Virus record (IMG/VR): IMGVR_UViG_3300025141_014484
Span: 545 to 64,544 of that record
From: a virus
Taxonomy: Duplodnaviria > Caudoviricetes
Reading direction: 5' to 3' (one strand)
DNA: 64,000 nt
Shown: positions 57,813-64,000 of the stretch, one piece after another
How the letters are laid out: every line of letters starts with the position of its first letter
Position numbering within the stretch: position 1 is the first letter of the stretch
Made by a program: the position numbers and the translations under genes
The notes under the pieces: generated by a model
The model's database searches: none
What the model was told of the DNA's origin: nothing
What the model saw: only the letters and a program-made list of their open reading frames with translations

Positions 57813-58751
57813 ATGGCTTTTTTAGATAACTCGGGCGACATTATTTTGGACGCTGTGCTAACAGATACTGGGCGATTGCGCCTGGCAAAGGGTAACGGCA
57901 CCTTTAATATTGTGAAGTTTGCCTTAGGGGATGATGAAATAGACTATGGACTATACGACAAGAATAACGCCGGCGGTCAGACATACTATTCTCTTACCAT
58001 TTTACAAACACCTGTTTTGGAAGCTTTTGCTAATAACTCATCAAGCATGAAATATAAATTGCTCTCTTTAACAAGAAATGACTTTTTATATTTACCGATA
58101 ATCAAGCTTTTTGATGATGGTAATAGCGCTCGCCATGGATCCGGCACCTCCGCTAAATATATTGTAGCAGTTGACAAGAACACAGTTGACACAATAGTAG
58201 GAACCGATCAGGTGCTGACAGCCGGTGTACTAAATGGGTTTCAACCTGGCCAAAGCGATCATTTGATAATCACTGATCAGGGCCTAGATACAAGTGCAAT
58301 TTCGCAAGATGTACCACTTGATTCAGATTTGATTGAGACACAGTATCTGGTTGAAATGGATAATCGATTGGGTAGCCTCGTCTCCCCGGTGGGCTCATCA
58401 CCTATAAATGCATCTCAAAGTTTTGTTGATGATGATAACATAGCGTCTTATATCATGACCTTAAATACAGACAGCGATTATGTAACAGAGTTGCCTACGG
58501 TTATCGATTCCTCCACTGGTGGCACGAAGATCAGCGGCCCCGTGGGAACGCGATTGCGCTTAAGAATGGCTGCATCAACCGGACTACGAACAACAGACTA
58601 CTTATTTACGGTCCTTGGCAACACTGGAACCGAAGCTATTGGAAATCTAGCTTCTGCGACCTATAAATACATTGATACAACAGTGTCTATTTCTGGTCAG
58701 ACTACAGGGTACCGCCTTGATCTACCGGTTAGATATGTTAAGAAGATATAG
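57813..58751 (+). CDS. Putative baseplate/tail structural protein
   Basis: ILDAVLTDTGRLRLAKG...IVKFALGDDEIDY resembles tail-fibre/baseplate attachment N-termini. Confidence 0.7.
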   Translation: MAFLDNSGDIILDAVLTDTGRLRLAKGNGTFNIVKFALGDDEIDYGLYDKNNAGGQTYYSLTILQTPVLEAFANNSSSMKYKLLSLTRNDFLYLPIIKLFDDGNSARHGSGTSAKYIVAVDKNTVDTIVGTDQVLTAGVLNGFQPGQSDHLIITDQGLDTSAISQDVPLDSDLIETQYLVEMDNRLGSLVSPVGSSPINASQSFVDDDNIASYIMTLNTDSDYVTELPTVIDSSTGGTKISGPVGTRLRLRMAASTGLRTTDYLFTVLGNTGTEAIGNLASATYKYIDTTVSISGQTTGYRLDLPVRYVKKI

Positions 58752-58761
58752 GGAATAAAAA

Positions 58762-59841
58762 ATGGCTAGTATATATAAATCTTTCACCTCCAACGATATT
58801 ACAACTGTAAGGGACATGCTGCATGAAGCGGTGCCTTTGACGGGCACTATTGTATCTGGAACTTATAATGATGGGAATATTAAAGTATATTCTCATGATA
58901 TGTTTGAGTCTGTTTTCGACTATCCGTATCTGAGTTCGTCGGCCAATCATATTTTTGATTTGACAAATGGCTATTCAAACAACTCCGCTCTCTCAGGAGC
59001 AACGACGGCTTATAATGAAAGTAAAAAAATCAACGTGTATAATGAAATGGCTCAAATTCTTGCAGGATTTGATGAAACTGGTGCAGTTCGAGAGTTTGAC
59101 CGCGATGGAGACCTGACTGGCGGGGACAAGATTCAGGATGCCTTCTTCGTTAACTTTGCGAGATTACTAACAAAAGACGAGATTAAAAAACAATCTTTCA
59201 CGCTTCAGGTGCTTACAGGTAGCATGGTAACTTCCTCAATGGATGTGTTAACAATTTCCGATTATGGGGCCCTAACTTCATATAAAACCAACTCGCCAGC
59301 CGGCGAATATGGAATCCTGTATACTGGTTCTGCCGCGGCCGAAAATTCCGGCGTAGGACTTATTTACTATCAGGCCGGCATCGCGGTGCTAACTGCCAGC
59401 ATATTTGATGGCGACAATTTAACTTCAGCGCGCGGCGCGACTGGATACAATATCGGCCCAAATATGGCCAATGATGCGACAGTTTCGGATAATTATGATA
59501 ATGTTTCGCAACTGTTTGTTTCTGGCTCAATTTCCGGTTCAGCCGACGCCTTCAGAAATAGATTATATAATATTTCTTTCAATAACACAATTGAGATAAA
59601 TTCAACCATCTACTTTGCCCGGGCAAACAATAATGAGTTTAACTATTCAAGTAACCCAACTTATTTATCGTCTAGCACAATAGTGGTAAAGAACAACGCT
59701 CAAGAGCTCCCTCTGTCGTTTGTGACGTCGGTCGGCCTTTATTCAGCCGACAATGAACTATTGGCTAATGCAAAGTTGTCCGAACCTCTAGAGAAAAATC
59801 CCACAGATGAGTTTGTACTAAGAGTAAGATTAGATTATTAA
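58762..59841 (+). CDS. Putative baseplate/tail structural protein
   Basis: C-terminal FNYSSNPTY...VGLYSADNELLANAKLSEP...RVRLDY is shared with the next gene. Confidence 0.7.
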   Translation: MASIYKSFTSNDITTVRDMLHEAVPLTGTIVSGTYNDGNIKVYSHDMFESVFDYPYLSSSANHIFDLTNGYSNNSALSGATTAYNESKKINVYNEMAQILAGFDETGAVREFDRDGDLTGGDKIQDAFFVNFARLLTKDEIKKQSFTLQVLTGSMVTSSMDVLTISDYGALTSYKTNSPAGEYGILYTGSAAAENSGVGLIYYQAGIAVLTASIFDGDNLTSARGATGYNIGPNMANDATVSDNYDNVSQLFVSGSISGSADAFRNRLYNISFNNTIEINSTIYFARANNNEFNYSSNPTYLSSSTIVVKNNAQELPLSFVTSVGLYSADNELLANAKLSEPLEKNPTDEFVLRVRLDY

Positions 59842-59850
59842 GACAATGCG

Positions 59851-61209
59851 ATGGCTTATATTTTTAAATTCAAAAGCAGTGATAAGGTCATCAACCTTGT
59901 AAAGACTTTTCCAAAAGCTTCTTTTGCATTTTACGGCGGTAACTCTTATTACAATAATCAATATTCCCTAAGCGGAGCTTTTACTAGCTCAATTCTCGCT
60001 GCCCCTTCGGGATATATTTCTTTATACGAGCAAAGTGTTGACCGTGATGGAACGATAAATTTTGACTCTTCTCTGCTCCTTAACGCTCAGGTCAGAGATC
60101 CTTTTGGGTATGCGGTTTCCGCGTCTGTCGATCCTACAACCTTTTATATTGGGAATAACCCAACTTATGCTGTCTTTAAAGTAAAAGACGGAACGCGTAT
60201 TAATTTTAAGACAGTTTCAAAAGCCGAGTTCAACACAACAGAGGGTGGAACGCCGCTATATAGTACCTATCCCCTAACGGCATCATTACAAAAGCATTAT
60301 TATACTGCAGCAATGTCAAGGCATACAAGATCTTATTTGGACCTGGGGCCCAACACCAACCCGCTCGTCATCGCCGATGACTTGCCTGTCACTGGTTCAG
60401 TTACTTATTTGTATGCTCTTAAAAACACGATGAATTATTACTCTGTTATGAGCAGAAATTATCAATTTTCCTCCTCGGTGAGGGACCTTGGCGCAAGCGG
60501 CTCATCCCCGGGCGCAACAGAGGTTGGCCTCGTTACAATTCCCTCTATTTTTTATGGTGATAATATTGACAAGGGAACTGTTAATCTTAAGTTTTATGTT
60601 ACGGGGACACTCATCGGCGAACTTCAAGACACAAATCGAAATGGAGACCTAATCCAAATAGGACCACAATCTTCACAGGGTTCTGGCTCTGTTGCTGGAG
60701 TCGTTTTATATAAAGAAGGGTTTATAGTTTTAACCGGCTCCTGGGACCTGTCTAGTGGAGCACACACCGAGAACTATGGAACCACCACCAATGTTCCATC
60801 GTGGCTGACCTTTGCTCAAACCATTTCTTCCTCAGCGCCACTTGCGGTGAGTTCTAGTTGGGCACTAGATTTTAACGGGTCACATAAGGTTCCCACAATG
60901 ACTTTATTTGCGCATGCTAAAAAGGGTGACCTGAACCACTCGAACAACCCGACCTATGTGAGCAAGAATACTCAAATTTTATTAAGCTCAGGATCCGAAG
61001 GATATACACAAAACCCAGAAGCCGCTATAGCGAATGTGGTAAGTTCTTCTTTCCCCGATCCAACTGGATCATTCGTAAAGACAACTTACATATCAAAAAT
61101 TGGTATTTACGATAAAAATAAAAATCTAATTGGAATTGCAAATTTGGCAAAACCAGTTAAAAAGATGCCGCACCGAGACTTTACTTTTAAGATTAAGCTG
61201 GATATCTGA
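59851..61209 (+). CDS. Putative baseplate/tail structural protein (paralog of the upstream gene)
   Basis: LNHSNNPTY...IGIYDKNKNLIGIANLAKP...KIKLDI. Confidence 0.7.
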   Translation: MAYIFKFKSSDKVINLVKTFPKASFAFYGGNSYYNNQYSLSGAFTSSILAAPSGYISLYEQSVDRDGTINFDSSLLLNAQVRDPFGYAVSASVDPTTFYIGNNPTYAVFKVKDGTRINFKTVSKAEFNTTEGGTPLYSTYPLTASLQKHYYTAAMSRHTRSYLDLGPNTNPLVIADDLPVTGSVTYLYALKNTMNYYSVMSRNYQFSSSVRDLGASGSSPGATEVGLVTIPSIFYGDNIDKGTVNLKFYVTGTLIGELQDTNRNGDLIQIGPQSSQGSGSVAGVVLYKEGFIVLTGSWDLSSGAHTENYGTTTNVPSWLTFAQTISSSAPLAVSSSWALDFNGSHKVPTMTLFAHAKKGDLNHSNNPTYVSKNTQILLSSGSEGYTQNPEAAIANVVSSSFPDPTGSFVKTTYISKIGIYDKNKNLIGIANLAKPVKKMPHRDFTFKIKLDI

Positions 61210-61215
61210 TAAAAT
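61207..61215 (+). promoter_or_regulatory. Possible extended -10 promoter (leaderless start) for the resolvase/primase genes
   Basis: TGATAAAAT (TGn + TAAAAT) ends 7 nt before ATG 61222; no SD visible. Confidence 0.3.
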
Positions 61216-61221
61216 ATCAAA

Positions 61222-61755
61222 ATGATATTAGGCTTAGACATTTCAACCAGCATTACTGGTTATACAGTATTGGACCACGGAGGCAAGATCCTCGCATGCG
61301 ATCATATTGACTTACGAAAAGAAAAGAACTTCTTCAAGAAAATACAAATTGTATGTGATCGTCTGGAATCGTTGGACGATACATATAGCATAGAACAGGT
61401 ATATGTTGAACAATCTCTCCAATCCTTTCGCTCCGGCTTCTCATCAGCACAAACCTTATCGCTTTTGTCAAAAATAAATGGCATTGTTTCGTGGTTGTGT
61501 TATAATATGTTTTACGGCGAACCCAAGTATCTCGCCGCCACCTCTGCCCGCAAGTTATGCGGCATCAAAGTTCCCAAGGGCCAGAAAGCAAAAAAGGTTT
61601 CTTTGCAGTTTGTTGTTGACAACGTGCCTGGTTTTGAGGTAGAATACACTAGACATGGAAATCCCAAGGCTGGTTATGCTGACCGGTCCGATAGCTATGT
61701 GATCGCAAAGGCAGGCTGGATCCGTGAAAGAGAAGAAGCTAAAGATACTGACTAA
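61222..61755 (+). CDS. RuvC-like Holliday junction resolvase
   Basis: MILGLDISTSITG, VYVEQ, DRSDSYVIA (RNase H-fold D-E-D-D). Confidence 0.85.
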   Translation: MILGLDISTSITGYTVLDHGGKILACDHIDLRKEKNFFKKIQIVCDRLESLDDTYSIEQVYVEQSLQSFRSGFSSAQTLSLLSKINGIVSWLCYNMFYGEPKYLAATSARKLCGIKVPKGQKAKKVSLQFVVDNVPGFEVEYTRHGNPKAGYADRSDSYVIAKAGWIREREEAKDTD

Positions 61756-62659
61756 TGTGTTGGGTGCCGGCTACCGGACCAACAATGAGTATCTTTTTAA
61801 ATGCCCCTACTGCGAGCACCACAAGCGCAAATTCTCCGTAAATCTAGATAAAGGTTACTATAAGTGCTGGGTGTGTGACACTCGAGGCAAGAACCTATAC
61901 CGTGTCGTTCGCCGTTTTGGCACGAACCACGACAAGTCGCAGTGGCGAGACTTCACTTCCGAGATTGATTTTGGTCAACTCGAAGATTTATTCGGCGAGA
62001 AAATAGAAGAAAAACAGATACTTGAGATGCCCGAAGGGTTCATCTCTTTGGCAAATAGGGGGATGCCTCCTACCGGATTTGCAGCCATGAACTACCTACG
62101 ACAGCGCGGGATCACCAAGCAAGACATTGTTTGGTGGAAGATGGGCTACTGCACCAAGGGAGAATACGAAGGCAGAATCATAATTCCATCGTTTGATGAC
62201 GAGGGAGACTTGAGCTATTTTGTATCCCGATCTTATGATAGATCCTATTATCCTAAGTATAAGAACCCTCCGGCAAGCCGTAATATTATATTCAACGATT
62301 TGTTTGTGGATTGGAGTTCGGACATTATCTTGGTCGAAGGAATATTTGATGCGATTAATGCAGGCCGTAACGCGGTCCCTATTCTCGGCTCTACACTAAA
62401 TCAGAACTCTGTTCTGCTTCGTAGGATCGTCAAAGAGGATGCAGGGGTTTATGTGGCACTCGACCCGGACGCAACGAAGAAAGAGCTTGAGATTATCAAG
62501 ACTTTACTGGATTTTGATATTGAGGTTTGGAAGGTAAATATCGGCGACAACGAGGATGTTGGCTCGATGAAAAAGGAACAATTCCAGAAATGCTTGGAAA
62601 ATGCGACGCTTATCACTCCAGACAACTATTTATTGTTGACGCTTGCGATGTCAATATGA
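61724..62659 (+). CDS. DNA primase (zinc finger + TOPRIM)
   Basis: CPYC...CWVC, YLRQRG, RIIIP, YKNP, LVEGIFDA, ALDPDA; GTG start. Confidence 0.88.
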   Translation: MKEKKLKILTNVLGAGYRTNNEYLFKCPYCEHHKRKFSVNLDKGYYKCWVCDTRGKNLYRVVRRFGTNHDKSQWRDFTSEIDFGQLEDLFGEKIEEKQILEMPEGFISLANRGMPPTGFAAMNYLRQRGITKQDIVWWKMGYCTKGEYEGRIIIPSFDDEGDLSYFVSRSYDRSYYPKYKNPPASRNIIFNDLFVDWSSDIILVEGIFDAINAGRNAVPILGSTLNQNSVLLRRIVKEDAGVYVALDPDATKKELEIIKTLLDFDIEVWKVNIGDNEDVGSMKKEQFQKCLENATLITPDNYLLLTLAMSI

Positions 62660-62662
62660 AGA

Positions 62663-62806
62663 ATGAAAGAGAACTATTCAAATCTACTAGCTGAGTTCAA
62701 GTCACTGATCCAGCAAGAAATGTGGAAACGACAGCTCATTCACGAAGCTAAAGATACGTTCGGAAAAAGGAAGAAGCCAAATGAAGATAAGCAAAACAAG
62801 ACTTAA
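62663..62806 (+). CDS. Small hypothetical protein (47 aa, MKENYSNLLAEFKSLIQQEMWKRQLIHEAK...)
   Basis: Translated by hand; fills the gap after the primase; ACTATTTAT at 62625 upstream; not in the supplied ORF track. Confidence 0.5.
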   Translation: MKENYSNLLAEFKSLIQQEMWKRQLIHEAKDTFGKRKKPNEDKQNKT

Positions 62807-63173
62807 AGAGATTATCAAGGAAGAACTAAGCGGCTTTGACGGCGAGTCAAACCAGGACGCAGAAGTAAGACTACAGCAAGTAGTCACCTCCTTGGGTGCC
62901 GGCGAAGACTTTGTGCACAAGATCCGCGATGCTATCGCCGAGGCTGCAGCCACTCAAACTCGGGCTCGAGCCCTAGAACTTATGATAGAAGCTCTGGAGA
63001 TGCTGTCTCCTATGCAAGAGGCAGATACCCCCGACGAAGAAGAATCCGAAGAGGAAGAAGCTTTGGTGCTCCCCGACTTGGGAGCAGCAGGGGTCAAGAA
63101 ATCACGTGAGCGCATGAAGCATCGCGCGAACGAACTAGAGCGCCAGAAAAAACTAAGGTATAAAAACAAATGA
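62781..63173 (+). CDS. Acidic protein with MKISKTRLKEIIKEEL leader (family member 1)
   Basis: N-terminal motif shared with the next two ORFs. Confidence 0.75.
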   Translation: MKISKTRLKEIIKEELSGFDGESNQDAEVRLQQVVTSLGAGEDFVHKIRDAIAEAAATQTRARALELMIEALEMLSPMQEADTPDEEESEEEEALVLPDLGAAGVKKSRERMKHRANELERQKKLRYKNK

Positions 63174-63559
63174 AAATCACCAAAACAAGACTAAAAGAGA
63201 TTATTAGGGAAGAGCTTTCTACTGTTCGCGAGAGCGAGCCCCCCGAACCCGGCTTGCCCGCGTGGGAAGGCGAACCCTTTGGAGAGTACGATCTAGAGGC
63301 AGAGAACGAGAAGGGCAGACTAGCTGCGGCAGAAGCGCTAGGAGTAGACCCCGCAGATCCATCCCTCTGGCAAAAAATCCTAGCTGCAGTCGAGAAAGCT
63401 AACATATTCCCCCGAACGGAGGGACTGGGAGAACCCGGAGACACTCCCCCCCGCGATAGATTCGGCGCTGACGACGATGGATACCCCCCAGAACGCCCAC
63501 CCCCCAGGTCTTGGGTTGACGGCAAGCCCCCGAAACCACCAGCCAAAAAAGTAAAGTAA
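63170..63559 (+). CDS. Acidic Pro-rich protein with MKITKTRLKEIIREEL leader (family member 2)
   Basis: ATGA overlap with the upstream gene; shared leader. Confidence 0.75.
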   Translation: MKITKTRLKEIIREELSTVRESEPPEPGLPAWEGEPFGEYDLEAENEKGRLAAAEALGVDPADPSLWQKILAAVEKANIFPRTEGLGEPGDTPPRDRFGADDDGYPPERPPPRSWVDGKPPKPPAKKVK

Positions 63560-63560
63560 A

Positions 63561-64000
63561 ATGAAGATTTCAAAAGCAAAACTACGCCAGATCATCAAGG
63601 AAGAGCTTTCCACAGTTCGCGAGAGCGACTGGTATGATGATGAAAACGAGACGCGGGCAGACAGGAAGTATGCCGACCGCGACGCCGGATTGGGAGACCT
63701 CCAGTCGGACGAAAAGTTCACCGGCGGCTCACCCGAAGAGCAAATGCTTAGGCGTATTAAAGCAAGAGAACTTCTTGCGGCAATGAGTAAGGAAGAGTTG
63801 AAAGAACTCAGTCTTAGCCTAGACGCCGAGACTGTTGCTGAGCTTCGCCACCTTCTCGCCAATCCGATGTACACCCCCATGGAGGAGAGCATCACTCCCG
63901 GAGTACAGCAGCTGATGAAGCACTACCCCCACGCAGCAGCCAAGATTAAGAAACTCGCCGGTAATGGCTATCGTGCGAATGAAATCAAGCGAATGCTGAA
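63561..64000 (+). CDS. Acidic protein with MKISKAKLRQIIKEEL leader (family member 3; runs off the window)
   Basis: Translated by hand: MKISKAKLRQIIKEELSTVRESDWYDDENE...; open to the end of the window. Confidence 0.75.
   Translation, partial: MKISKAKLRQIIKEELSTVRESDWYDDENETRADRKYADRDAGLGDLQSDEKFTGGSPEEQMLRRIKARELLAAMSKEELKELSLSLDAETVAELRHLLANPMYTPMEESITPGVQQLMKHYPHAAAKIKKLAGNGYRANEIKRML

Larger units (their letters stand above)
62781..63628 (+). repeat. Three imperfect direct repeats encoding the shared leader (starts 62781, 63170, 63561)
   Basis: AAAACAAGACT.AAAGAGATTAT shared by copies 1 and 2; GGAAGAGCTTTC.AC.GTTCGCGAGAGCGA shared by copies 2 and 3. Confidence 0.8.

Noticed and set aside
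61222-61755. RuvC fold as a TnpB/Cas12 or transposase
   Set aside because: Only 177 aa, no zinc finger or flanking repeats, and coupled to the primase; this fits a Holliday junction resolvase.
145-63895. Numerous minus-strand and nested short ORFs in the supplied track
   Set aside because: All overlap well-supported + strand genes, lack motifs and read as shadow frames.
1-64000. Stop-codon reassignment, as in some large phages
   Set aside because: Genes are full length in the standard code, and TAA, TAG and TGA all end genes at sensible positions.
1-64000. tRNA/rRNA genes and strong intrinsic terminators
   Set aside because: Intergenic gaps are nearly all under 60 nt, and none showed a cloverleaf or a convincing GC hairpin with a U-tract.

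Overview
This window is about 64 kb of a large tailed (myovirus-like) bacteriophage genome. All credible genes lie on the + strand, are tightly packed and use the standard genetic code. Layout: (1) 0.1-3.6 kb holds a cytidylyltransferase, PIN-PhoH, an HExxH metallopeptidase-like protein and a Cas4-like exonuclease. (2) 3.6-25.7 kb is a ~22 kb island of about 22 soluble glycan-synthesis genes: GT4, GT4-GT2, GT2, GT10, GT11, GT47-like, a Maf/DUF115-like transferase, RmlB-like, two DegT, WbqC, PIG-L, three methyltransferases, an FAD-oxidoreductase-NeuB fusion, NeuA, Gmd and Fcl. It has no flippase, polymerase or lipid-priming enzyme. (3) 25.7-27.6 kb has small genes and a gp55-like sigma factor. 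(4) 27.6-61.2 kb is a baseplate/tail module: an M15-peptidase hub, gp25, gp6, a 3143-aa LamG protein and several paralogous proteins. (5) 61.2-64 kb has a RuvC-like resolvase, a primase and a tandem family of acidic proteins sharing an MKI(S/T)K..L..II.EEL leader. The main hypothesis is a phage-encoded cytoplasmic virion-glycosylation system, with a candidate [S/T]-[G/A/S]-S acceptor motif enriched in a subset of the structural proteins. Other points of note are a perfect sigma70 promoter hidden inside phoH and a recurring CTATTTA putative late-promoter motif. All product calls come from motif recognition by eye; no database searches were run.
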